Part shown: one piece after another, positions 52,240 to 64,000 of the stretch
Numbering within the stretch: position 1 is the first letter of the stretch
Layout of the letters: each line of letters begins with the position of its first letter
From: Phoronis australis
Taxonomy: Eukaryota; Animalia; Phoronida
Direction: 5' to 3'
NCBI GenBank assembly: GCA_002633005.1
Contig: NMRA01000034.1
Location: 345,696-409,695 of the forward strand
Length of the DNA: 64,000 nucleotides
Program-made: the position numbers and the translations under genes
Notes under the pieces: generated by a model
Seen by the model: the letters and a program-made list of their open reading frames with translations, nothing else
Told to the model about the DNA's origin: nothing
Databases searched by the model: none

Positions 52240-53560
52240 GCTGACTATATGAGCCCCAAACAAAGATCTTTTGGAATCATTGAATAAGCGATTCGATAAT
52301 ATGGAAAAAGAATTCAATAAACTCAGAACAGAATATGAAGACACGAAAAGAGAGAACGAAAAATTGAATGTGGTTATTTAAGACCTGAGCGCGAAAATTG
52401 ATGACCTACAAAATCGGTCTAGGCGTGATAACGTAATCGTCCATTGCTTGAAAGAAAAAACAATGAATCGTGGGAAATGTCTGAAACTCTCGCAGTTATT
52501 CTTGCCAAAGAGCATTTAGGTATCGATATCCATGTCGAGAGGGCACACAGATTGGGAAAGAAAATAAGCGGAAAGACCCGTCCGATCAATGCTAATGAGT
52601 CTCCTAAAGACAAGACCAACATTTTGAAGAAACGCAAAAACCTACAAAATCCAGCCATCCACATATCCGAAGATTTCTCAGTTAGAGTGCGCAATGCCAG
52701 AAAGGAACTGTATAAATTCTCGAAGGAAAACGACATAGAAAATGCAAGCATACGATATGACAAACTCATTCACGATAGGAAAACTTATATGTACGACGAC
52801 GACAACAAGAGAGTGTTTGAATGCAACAACTAGGATGGAGGCCAAGGCCCATACCTCTGTATACAACCGGCATATCCCTGATGAACTGGAACGCACATGG
52901 ACAATCTGAGGTTCTTGACTTTATATCTAGGTATCATGTAGTAGCAGTCAGTGAAACATGGGCAAATAAGCCAAACCAGTTTAGTGTACCAGGCTATGTA
53001 AATTTTGATGTGCAAAACATAAAAAGCAGAAAATTTGGAAGAAAATCCGGAGGATTGGGTGTATCAAACATGAATTAAGAAAATATTTTAGACGTTTGAA
53101 GATTTATCATAATCACGGTGTAGTCTTAAAGGGCGACAAAAGGTTGTTTAAGACGGACAACGATGTTATTATTTTCTTTATTTATGTAGCCCCAGAAGGG
53201 TCGCCAGTGTATGAAAACTGCGCAGAGAAAAATGGGGGTAATACTGCTTGGCCAGGAGTTGTTAATTTGTCTCAGAAGTTCTGTGATTATCATTTTGTTT
53301 TCATGGATGACCTAAATGCTACAGCAGGAAACTTGCAAGACTATATTTTGGATGACAGTGTGGATTTCTTTCGGTGTCAAAATTGGTCCGATAGTGAGAC
53401 ATTTTGTTCGCCCAGGCAGTCTAAGGATGAAACTAAATAATTTTGGCAAAACTTAAATTGAGATGTGTTGTGACTTATACATGCATCTTGTTAACGGTGG
53501 GAGTCAGAATGATAAACATGGCGAGTTTATATGTCACGCATCACTGTAGACTATTTGACT
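52240..53560 (+). mobile_element. 5' part of a LINE (ORF1 + APE endonuclease; RTEX/CR1-like), decayed and truncated
   Basis: ORF1 has a coiled coil, DLQNRSRRDNVIV, ESW, VERAHRLGK and ISEDFS. APE motifs are WNAHG, VSETW, SGGLGV, YVAPEGS, DLNA and STVDY. Confidence 0.82.
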
Positions 53561-53801
53561 ATTGTTTGTAGTGTTGCAGGTAATTTTATGACAGGCGTTG
53601 TAGCTACTGTACGTGAACTTGGAATCCTGCTTAGTCTAAAGATTAAGCGGAAGTGAGTGTTGTTGTGATGTTATAGTTTTCTATGACGTCATCCTTTTGG
53701 TACGTCATCCTTTTGTGACGTAATTCTTAATTCCTGTCAATATATTTTACATTTCTTTCATACGTTTCTGCTTCTTTCTATTACAAAAACATAACAGATT
53801 T

Positions 53802-53817
53802 TGGCGTAGTTGGCAGG
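53802..53817 (+). promoter_or_regulatory. Primer-binding site complementary to the tRNA-Ser 3' end
   Basis: TGGCGTAGTTGGCAGG matches TGGCGTAGTCGGCAGG, the complement of the metazoan tRNA-Ser 3' end, at 15/16. It lies 5 nt after the LTR-terminal CA. Confidence 0.8.
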
Positions 53818-56800
53818 CTATGTAAAGATGGGTGAGTTGAGTGGCATTATTTCGTTATCACAACAACAAATCAACCAACAGCAAGAGAATCATCAGCGTT
53901 TTGCTGAGATGATCACTAGCAGGCTGATGCACCAACCAACGGCAACGACATCTACGCCAACTTTTGGTGCGTTCGACGGTTCAGTGGAACTCTGGAAGAA
54001 TTATTGGTCCAGATTCCAAACATTTGCTGGGCCACAGTCTATACCTATGGAAAAGCTTTCAGAGCAGCAGACACCTTCCAAGGATATCAATCAACTGACT
54101 ATCAATGAAATTACAACATTTATGGAGAATCAATTCGATTCGAAGTATTTTGTAGTCCGGGAGCGATTCAAATTTTGGTCTAACACAAGAAGACAGCCAG
54201 GTGAGACGATACAGGAGGTCGTAGTCGACAAGACGCTGCAAAATGCGATTTTCCAACAACAAAGGATCCTCAGAATGAAGCTACGAGAACTAGATTTAGT
54301 TGTTCAATTAATAATGAGGCTCTCTTAAAAGCCCTTTTCAAAATAAAAGATGACGAATTATCTTTCAAGAAAGCCATAGAAATAGCAACAGAAATTGAAG
54401 AGGCGTACAAAGTTGCAAAAGAAACGGTTTAGGGAGATCCAGTGATTAAGTTACATAAGAAAAGGAGGGAAGAAAGCAGGCAGGGCAAAGCACAGAAGTT
54501 TAGGGATTTTCCAAAAGGAACGTGTCCCTGTTGTGGAAAAAAGACCACGCGGCAATGGATTGTGGTTTTAAAGAGACTGAATGCCGTTTCTGTCACAAGA
54601 AATGTCATATAGAGGCCGTATGTCTAAGCAAAACAAAGGCTTGAGATAAAGTAAGTAGTATTTTAGCAAGGCCAGAACAGCAAGTTAATCACATGTCGGA
54701 TCGAGATCCAATTCAGATTCTTGTTCACATATGCGGCAAAAAACAGACATTTGACGTAATACTGGATCACCGGACAATTTCATTTCGGAGAAGGTTTGGT
54801 TTAAACTTGGAAAACCTGTTTTATCTCCATCACACAGTTAGTATTCCGCAGCAAATGAAAAACCATTACCAGTTTTGGGAATTTTCACTACAAACGCAAC
54901 AGTACACTCCGATTCGCAGCATACATGTTGTTTGTCGTGAGGACAAGAAAAGTGATGTAGAGTTTCAGCGCGCGTGCAAAATCATCTGCAATGAATTTCC
55001 AGACCCATTCAAACCTGAACTGGGATGTTTAAAAGGTTTCGAATTAGATGTAAAATTCAAGCCTGATGTCCAACCAATATTTTCCAAACCTAGTACAATA
55101 ACTTTTGCATTACTGGATGACTTGAATCTGGCATATGATGCTATTATTAAACGTGCACTTTGGGAACCTACACAATTAAACGAGTATGGAACTCCAGTTG
55201 TTTCTATAAGAAAAACACCGATTCCTGGCCAAAGTAAACGGAAATTAAGAATATGCGGAGATTACTCAGTAACGATAAATCCTCAGCTTGAAATTCATCG
55301 TCATCCAATACCCCTGCCTGAAGATCTTATGCGAAAGTTCAGTGGCGGCTTTTATTTCACGAAAAATGATTTGGCTGATGCGTATAATCAAATTAAATTA
55401 ACTTCGGAAAGTCAGAGACGTCTGGCACTATCCACACATCGTGGAGTTCTTATACAAAAAAAATCCCATTTGGGATTAGTTCAGCCCCTGTTTATTTCCA
55501 GGATATCATGGACAAATTAACTAGCGAGTTAAATGGCGTGGTTGTATACTTGGATAATATTTTAGTAAGCGGTCGAATCTACGAAACCTACTCCAGCGTT
55601 TGCAAGGCAATGGAATGAGATGCCGCTTGGAAAAATGCTCATTTGGTCAGCAAAGGGTAGAATACTTAGGTCACATGCTTTCACCTGATGGCATTAAAAA
55701 GGTAACAAAGTTGATGCCGTTTTGAAAGTGCCAGCCCCATCAGATGTTTTCCATCTACGTTCCTTCCTTGGATCTGTTCAATTTTACGGAAAGTTCATCC
55801 GAACTTATCTACCTTGATTGCTCCTCTGAGCCATTTGACGCGCAAAGATGTGTCATGGAAATGGGGAGCTGAGCAGAATGCAGTTTTTCAGCGTTTAAAA
55901 GAAATACTGTGTACAGATGCAGTTCGGGCTCATTTCGATCCTAAACAACAGTTGGGAATTTCATGTGATGCTTCTAATGTTGGGATTGCAGCCGTTTCAT
56001 CGCTATGCTGATAGTAGTGAACGTCCGACTGCTAATGTTTCAAAGATTCTCACGGACACTCAAAGGAGGTACAGTCAAATTCAACGTAAGGCTCTGGCAG
56101 TTGTTTTCGCACTAAAGAAATGTCACCAATTTCTTTTCGGAAGACGTTTCATTTTGATAACTGATCACAACCTTTAGTTTCTATTTTCGGATCGACTAAA
56201 GGACTTCCAGCTATGGCTGCTAATCGACTAGCAAGATGGGCGTTACATATTAGCCAGTATGAATGCACAATAGAGTATCGGAAAACATCTGATCATTCTA
56301 ATGCAGATGCACTGAGTCGCGTACCCTGCGGTAAGGATCCAAAATTCGACAGGGAGGAAGAACAAGCAGACGTGAATGTGGTCTGTTCTGTTAAGAAATA
56401 GGTAAGTCTACAAGTGAACCCTGGTAACTCTAAATTTCTTAATAAAGAATCTAGCAAGGATTCTGACATTTCTAAAGCAATGATATATGCCATGGAAGGT
56501 TGGCCAGTTTCTATGGATTCCGAAGAAATGAAATACCGGTATTTCAGAAAATTGAAAGATACCTTGACCACAGAAGATGGATGTCTTTTTCATAGTACAC
56601 GGATGGTTATTCCAAAGAGATTACGAAAACAGGTGTTGGGTCTGCTTCATATTGGCCATTTCGGAATGCAGAGAATGAAGCAACTAGCACGGACAGTGGT
56701 TTATTGGCCACATATTAACGAGGATATTGAAGTACTGGTACGTCATTGCACGGCTTGTGCTGAACATCAAAGCAGATTACCGAAAGCAGCTATTCATCCA

Positions 56801-56918
56801 TGGATGCTAACCGAAAAGCCATGGAGCCGTGTTCATGTTGGAATAAACTGGTTGGTCATGGTAGATGCGTATTTTAAATACCCACGTGTACAACCAACAT
56901 GTTCACTCTCAACAAAAA

Positions 56919-59337
56919 TAGTCCAGTCATTCTAGGGCTCCAGAGGGGCCAACCTAGAAAAAATTGCAACAGAAGGTTTTTGCATAAATGGCATCTTCAA
57001 ACATCCCTTGGTGTCAGAAAAAAAATCTACCGAAATCGGAGTGGCGGAAGTTGGTTTTTCAAGATGGAGGAAAAAATGGCTGATAAAACCGGTGATTACT
57101 GTTTTCTGGCGTATTACTCTTATGAAACAGCTAAAAATAAAACAACAAAGTTTGTCATTGATTATATACTTTTCATAACAAGCATACCAATCAAAAGATG
57201 CCAATTTTCCGTAAAATAAAACCAATATGGCCGACAAAATGGCGGCCGAAAGGGCAATTTGGTACATGTTGCAAGATTTCTTTTTATATTTTGCCCTGAA
57301 AATGGCAAAAGTTTTATTTCTTTGTAAGTTAGACAATTTAAAATATCTGGACCTTACAATTGGTCACTGGCAAAAACAAACGATTCACTCACTTCTTGTC
57401 AAGTTTGCTAGGAAATGCTGGTTGCACAGTGGTACAAGCTCAAGGTGACACAGATGTTTTATTGTAGAAACAGCAGTAGAGAACGCAGCACAAGGTCCAA
57501 CTACCCTTATTGCAGACGATACAGACTTGTTGGTTCTTTTGCGTTACCATGCTACTTCACAACAAATTTCATGTTAAGAGACACCAAAGCAAGAGGAGAG
57601 TGTGGGACATCAAGGAACTACAGTTGTCTCTTGGTGCCAAAAACTTGCGCAGTTTTGCCATTTGCGCATGCAATAGGTGGTTGCAACACAACATTACAGC
57701 TGTTCGGTTTATCAAAGGCTCTCCCATTCAAGAAACTGCGTGATCGAGAATTCTGCAAAAACTCTAAGAGTATTCACTAGACACATGCAGCTGAATCAAG
57801 ACATTTGAAGCTGGCAAGAGTTCTATCTGTGCTTCATGGCGGTACTGGCTCTGGAAATTTGGTTGATTTGCGATACAGGCAATTTGTGGATGAGGTGTCG
57901 GACTAGCCACAGCCCAAATACAGTCATTATCACCACCTTTCTACAGTAGCTAAATTCCATGCTGCCGGGACATATTATCAAGAGCAAGAGCGGTCAAGTT
58001 TCCGTGGCAGTGGCCTAGTCTCGCTGTATTGGGGATGGATGCTGGCAGGTGGAAAATTCATTCCCACGACGACGGACCATTCAGCAGCCCCAGAGAACCT
58101 GCTGAAAGTAGGGAGATGCTCGTGTAAGACCAACTGCAGTTCCAAGAGATGTACTTGCAAGAAGTTAGGATAGGTGTACTCGGTTGCATGTGGAGAATGC
58201 CGTGGTTTTAGCTGCAGCAATTCATTCTGAGTTGACAGGGATTAGTTGTGTAAATACTAGTTGATTGTGTATAGATTCACTAGCATTTACAACTAACTGG
58301 AAGTGACACAGACAGTGTGGATAGTAGATCACTGAATTAATTGCAGAGAGCTATTTTCAATACAGCACATTTTTTCAGGAGGAGAATAATGATGATCCTT
58401 CGTTCAGGCAAACCTGATGTTTTTGACCCAAATAAGTTATTCGTTAAACCATTTTGAAAATGGTAGTCGTAATCATCAAGAGCCATACAAAAATATTGTA
58501 ATGGATGTGATGACTTAAAAAACTCAGGATATGGCGTGTCTCTGGAATCGGAAGTTCTTACACGAAGCAACTATTTGGTGGTCATCTTAGAAAATGGTGG
58601 AAGTAATCATTAGAGCCAAACGCAATGAGTCTAAATGGATTAGTCGACCCAGAAAACATATGATACTTGAAGCAAGACGATACACTAATCTGTTTGTGCG
58701 AAGTTGTGCGATTCCAAATAGTTTTGAAAGCCATCTTGGAAAATGACTGATGGTGTCACCACGACCATGCAAAACTTTTCCAATGGATTTGTTGACCCAA
58801 AAAAGATAGGTAAACATTTTTGAAAAGTTTACTCTATCTCATTCCACTCTCGAGTTATAATGATCATCTGCAAATCTGGCGGCCATTTTGTCCGCCATCT
58901 TGGAAATGGTGGAAGTAATCATTAGTGCCAAATGCAATGAGTCTCAATGGATTAGTCGACCCAGAAAACCTATGATGCGATGTTTGAAGCAAGACGACAC
59001 ACTAATCTGTTCGTGAAGTTGTGCGACTCAAGTAGATTTGGCTGCCATCTTGGAAAATGGAGGACGGTGTCACCACAGTCATGTAAAACCATTTCCAATG
59101 GATTTCTGACCCACAAAACATAGGTAAACCTTTTTAAATTTTTACATTCCACTCTTGAGTTATAGTGCGTATCAGAAAATCTGGCGGCCATTTTGTCCGC
59201 CATCTTGAAAAACCAACTTCCGCCACTCCGATTCCGGTAGACTTTTTTTCCCAATAAGAGGTGTGAAAGGATACGATTTATGCAATAAAACCTTCTGTTG
59301 CAATTTTTTCCGAGTTATCCGTAGAATGACTGGACTA
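56919..59337 (+). mobile_element. Academ DNA transposon (internally deleted) inserted in the Gypsy integrase
   Basis: Termini tagtccagtcattcta / tagaatgactggacta extend into an imperfect TIR of about 160 bp, with a 3-bp AAA TSD. The transposase relic at 57415-58230 has ADDTDLLVLL, FAHAIGGCNTT and a CXC motif (CSCKTNCSSKRCTCKK..ACGEC). About 320-bp subterminal tandem units lie at 58580-59210. Confidence 0.9.
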
Positions 59338-60810
59338 AAACAACAACGGAATTGCTTGAAAGAGAGTTTGATCATTTTGGTTATCCTCACACATTAGTAA
59401 ATGATAATGCAGCAACATTTCCCTCTGAAGAATTCCAGGCTTTGGTGCCGAGAACGTGGTATTGTACACCTTACAGGTGCCCCCTACCATCTAGCTACAA
59501 ATGAAGCTGCAGAGCGTTTGGTACAGACTTTCAAGCAATCTCTGCGGAAATTTTCTTTGTCGCCAAAAGCAACATTACAAGAGTTTTTATTGCAATATCG
59601 TCGTACACCTCTAGATTCTGGTTATTGTCCAAGCGAACTCTTAAATGGAAGACAAATTCATTGTAAGCTAGACAGCTTACGTCCTTCACCTTCTCATGTA
59701 GCACAAGGGAAGCAATCAAGAAATGCTGCGAAACAACAAATTGCTGAGTCCGATCAAACAATGTCAAAGATTCATACATATAGCAATGCCATGTTGTGCC
59801 TTGTGCTAGGGGCCTCTTCAAAGTAGGGACCCTCGCTGGGCACCTGCTGTTGTGACTTGAGTGAAAGTCATGCCAAGTGGTCCAATCTGGCATCGTCATA
59901 TCGATCAGTTGAGACCAAGGTATTGTTCTGAAGAAGATACAGATTCTGGAGATACCACGTTTTTTGTCAATTGGAGAATCCGATACAGATGACAGACGAG
60001 CAAGAAATGAAGAGAATGCAACTACATGTACGGCAACAGAGATGCAAACGAGAAAATCGTAAACGAAGAAGCGCCCAAACCCACGACTTCCAACGGGAAA
60101 TTATGGGCCACAGAGCTTGAGAAGCCCCGAGAGATTTCCAAGATTACTTGCGTGATCTTGAGATTAAGCAAACTGCCAAACCCCGTGCGTGAATTTGGAG
60201 TATTGCGTGAACTTGGAATTAAGCGGCTGCCCGGTCACAGAACAATGGGTTTGGACTGAAATCATTACAAAACCGGAAGGCTACGGTGAGAAGAGAGTTC
60301 GAAAAAAGACCGAGACAAAGCATCCGTGGGCAGGTCATTATTATGGTGGTTAGTACTGAGGGACTTGAGTGAAAAACTTCACCAGTGGACTGTAATGTGT
60401 TCCCTCAGTGATGTACCAGGCATTCAAGATCGTAGCCGGCGTCACGGCTACAGTCGCATTTTGAGTCACATGTCTATTATTTTCTATATGTTGTACTGTT
60501 GTTGTCTATTCCATTATCAAAATAAAGCCTAATGTTTGAAATTAGTGCCTGGTTGAGTATTTGATGAAGTGAAATGTTTCATTTAAGTATTATCTCGAAG
60601 GAGTAAAGGAACTCTAAACAGCTGTTTTATTGTGTATTAGATATGTTGGACTTTGTAAAGACCTACTACTCTTGCTTAAATTTAATTCAATTTCTTCTGT
60701 AGTAAAAATCGTGTGCTAAACCAAACATCACCTGAATGGTTGCAAAGCATTGTAAAAACGTTTTCTACATACTTTTGAAACATCTCTGAATGCTTTCACA
60801 CTTGTTTTCT

Positions 60811-61090
60811 ATCCAATTCCAAGTTTAAGCAAGCCACCCTTGAATGCATTTGTACTTCAGTGTCCTCTGTCTAATTCCAAGTTTAAGCAGGCCACGCCCT
60901 TGCTTAAACTTGGAATAATTGGATTTCTGCTTTACATAAAATCACTTGGATACCACACATTCTCCTACTAGTTGCAATACATTGTAAATGCATTCTCGGT
61001 TACTTTTGGAACACCCTTGGATGCATTTGTACTTGTTCTCTGTCTAATCCCAAGTTTACCCTTGCTTAAACTTGGAATGATTGATAAGTA
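60811..61090. repeat. Cluster of inverted/direct ttccaagtttaagca motifs (MITE relic)
   Basis: atccaattccaagtttaagcaag pairs with cttgcttaaacttggaataattggat (60811-60924), and the block is partly duplicated at about 61012-61080. Confidence 0.6.
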
Positions 61091-62454
61091 TTACCCAATG
61101 CCAAGTTTAAAAGATGACTGCAGTAAAAATAATGCAGCAGTAAACCGGTTCTAACGTACAAATAAAACTTACATTTGCCCCAGTTGCGCGCCAAACAAAA
61201 GCTGATTCACATTTATCGTAAAAACACTGATCCTGGCAGCAATCTCTGATTAGATGATATGTCAGTGGTTGAAAGGTCACTGACTGCTTATCACATATTC
61301 CTGCTCCATGGTGTGGCATTGACTTGATAGAGTTTACATCACATTTTATCATTTTATAACCGGGTTCTGTTATTTACTATTTGCCAGTGTTGTAAAAGGT
61401 TCGCCTTTTTGTATGGCTCCTAGTTGTTTGAACTCTTCAAAAAGGGGTGTCGTCTAAATGGAGGGACTTGGGATACCATCCGTTGCCCTTACCTTGGTGC
61501 AAAGATGTATGTTAAATTAATTCGGAACAAAATACTGTTCTCTTTAGTAAGTAAACTTGGAATAATTATCTGTTCATTTTACAAAAAATCAGTGGTGAAG
61601 CAAGCTTTCTCTCGCAGATTACAAAAAGCTATAAACGCAATTACTCTTGTTGAGACTACTCTAACACATTAGCAATCGTTTTCAACCAAATTCCAAATTT
61701 AACAAGTACTTTGACCCTGCCGTAACACAGTAATCAGATATTCTTTAAAGTAAACACTAAGAATGCATTTAAAATACTGTATATCACAAAAGTTGCATCA
61801 TAAATGTACATACTGAGGTAGAAAGCCAGCTAGCTGTATGAAGACTATCTTCAACATACAGCTAGGTAGCTAGTGTGTGTAGAGCTCCGGTTAGACACCG
61901 AAATCATCACCTAGCTCCGGTGCTCAACTTGTCACCACGTCGTGAAACTTAGAGCTAATAACGAGGGTGCATGGAGAATCCGGGAATGAACCGACATTCA
62001 CCTTGCCCGTTACAGCCGTTTATAGAAGTAAAAAGACAATCTAATGAACGTTATTTTCCGTAATTCTCCGCCTTTTGTAACGAAGGAAATCTGTGGTCGT
62101 TTTGAAAACAGTGCATACTTGTGGCACCCGCACGTATGCGCCATTTCCGAAAATTTTGCGATATCTCTCGAGTTTTTTTTCTGAAATTGGGTTTTCTGAT
62201 CATAAAGTAGTAAAAACTTGTAATGAAATAAAACCACTTGCGATTGTTATGACATGTACGCAACCTCACATTTGATTGAATAACATGGAAATTGGCCAAC
62301 AGGTGACGCAATGTGCAGTATGCTAAACGTTTTATGTATCAATGTAGTCAATCAGCCTTTGAAAAATCAAAAAAGGAGGATCTTGTCAATTAGTTGTAAG
62401 CAGAATTGGGCTGAAGAATTATCGCATTGTCTGAATGAGGAATGTAATGAAATT

Positions 62455-62456
<2 letters not shown>

Positions 62457-62498
<42 letters not shown>
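62457..62498. repeat. (ATA)n microsatellite
   Basis: About 14 perfect units. Confidence 0.95.
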
Positions 62499-62499
<1 letters not shown>

Positions 62500-62740
62500 T
62501 TTATTGTACATCGTATATGTAACTCTATTGTAGTCAAATAAAAATAAACAGAACCACTGACAGCTTCAAACATCAATTTCTGAAGTGTGGACGTGTTTTT
62601 AGATTTTGAAAAAAAATTCATTTTATTGATTCACTGGACCTCTGTATACATACTACATTACTTGACAAAGTAATTGTACTATGTGTTTTTTGAACTTTAT
62701 TTTAAGGAAATTGAGAACGTACAAGACATAATTCATATAT

Positions 62741-62888
62741 ATAGATTATTACATGGCGAAGTCGTTATCTCCCGTTATCTAGAGCCCGAGTGGATTTTGG
62801 AGAATTATCGCCCGAGCGTGATAATTCTACAAAATCCACGAGGGCTCTAGATAAGGGGGATAACGACTGAGAACATGTAATAATCTAT
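62741..62888. repeat. About 148-bp imperfect palindrome (hairpin element, Crypton-MITE-like)
   Basis: The left arm atagattattacatg..agtcgttatc.ccc.ttatctagagccc..gtggattttg.agaattatc is mirrored by the right arm around a centre near 62812. Confidence 0.85.
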
Positions 62889-63922
62889 TTATACCACATA
62901 CTGAAAGAGAAACATTGAAATGAATCGATCTACCTTTCTCGACTCGCCTTGGCTTTGTAACTACTTTCTATGTCAGAGGCCCGGGGTCGGAGGTCGTGAC
63001 CTTTTAAGAAAAGCCGAGATATTTTTGTCAAATATTGCTTTTACTCAAAACCAATTGAAAAATAAAACAAACTAGAAATAAAGTGAATCTATAAATTAAG
63101 GTTTAGCAACTATTATAGCTTACTACACATTTTATCACGCTAAGCTTCGACCGGGAATATATCGTCTGCTAAAGTAGGTTATCACTAGTAATTGACTATA
63201 ATGCTCAAGTCAAAGGATCCCGACGACATGACACCTGCATTCAAATTGGAGATCGGTGATTTCACTGAATTAAAATATCGTTTTTATGGAAATTATGCGT
63301 CTTTTGAACTTCCTACAGGATCCTACTGAACTTCATGCAGAATTCTATTGGACTTCGTTTAGAATAATATTAGAATATTCTGAAAATTTGCTACTAACAC
63401 TATATATTATATAAAAATTATCCTCCTTTCAGTGCCAGAAATACTTTCTTCTGAGGATGACACATATCTATGTTGTGCTTCGTTTTAGCAATGTGCTTAT
63501 ATAATACATTTTGGATCCTTTAACAACACCAACAGGAAATTCTACACAATTTTCAATAAGATCCTATTGAAATTTCAATAAAATCCCATTGAACTTCATG
63601 TAGATGAAGTTTTCTTAAAGCAAAACTTAAATATGGTAAACTATATACCTTTCACTATAGCTGTTTCATTTCTGGTGTTGTAAAATATAACGTTGAGTAT
63701 AAACATGTAAGGGAACATTTTGATTACGTGTACGGCTTAGTGGCTATACTGGGACAGTTTCTCAACTGGAAAACAGGTGTCACTTAAAAGCTATTCAATG
63801 GACAGTAATATTTGCAGCAATTAAAACACTAGCCATAACCTTACAGCACTGACTACCAAATAACACTTCACGAAAAACATATAATATTCAATTAAATATA
63901 AAGTAACAATAACATTATTTAA

Positions 63923-64000
63923 CTAGAAAGATTATTGTCACGGCGTGACAATAATGGACTCTGCGCGTGCATATTACTGGAATTGTTTTGGGAAGTTATT
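63923..64000 (-). mobile_element. Helitron-like 3' terminus (element extends beyond the window)
   Basis: On the minus strand a perfect 11-bp hairpin attattgtcac-gcc-gtgacaataat (63931-63955) is followed by cttt-CTAG|T. Confidence 0.6.

Larger units (their letters stand above)
53658..60150 (+). mobile_element. Ty3/Gypsy LTR retrotransposon (gag, PR/RT, RNase H, integrase), decayed and split by Academ; 3' LTR not recognised
   Basis: A TG...CA LTR-like block (about 53658-53796) precedes the PBS. Gag reads FDGSVELWKNYWSRF and VRERFKFW, with a CCHC knuckle at about 54520-54625. RT reads LRICGDY and DLADAYNQI; RNase H reads CDAS, YSQIQRKALA and TDH; integrase reads LHIGHFG..YWP..C..C and GAPYHLATNEAAERLVQTFK. 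Confidence 0.92.

Noticed and set aside
53802-53817. tRNA-like sequence
   Set aside because: It is only the 16-nt primer-binding site of the Gypsy element, not a tRNA gene.
62311-62621. Poly-Ile ORFs
   Set aside because: These are translations of the (ATA)n microsatellite.

Overview
This is AT-rich animal (invertebrate-like) nuclear DNA dominated by decayed, nested transposable elements. I see no prokaryotic genes, CRISPR array, rRNA or tRNA gene. In order along the window: the 3' end of a tyrosine-recombinase retrotransposon (DIRS/Ngaro), a Penelope-type minimal hammerhead motif, and a broken PLAT+lipoxygenase gene. Next is a Penelope RT split by a TIR element that itself holds a MITE and a THAP-bearing Kolobok element, then a candidate secreted agrin-like follistatin/Kazal gene on the minus strand. 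An L1/Tx1 LINE is split by a HERO-type RLE retroelement, followed by several MITE families, LINE 3' ends and a spliced beta-propeller-like host gene with a SOCS-box-like upstream ORF. Near the end, a LINE is truncated next to a Gypsy element whose integrase is split by an Academ transposon, then come a long palindrome and a Helitron-like 3' end. The most striking unexplained signal is a pair of recurrent 6-bp insertions at TA sites (TA>TACATGTA, 19 copies counted by eye; TA>TAGGCCTA, 7 copies). Several can be shown to be insertions from the sequence alone, because they add two codons in frame to conserved motifs of unrelated proteins or distinguish two copies of a repeat. I interpret them as transposon excision footprints. 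All family assignments come from motif recognition by eye, not database searches.
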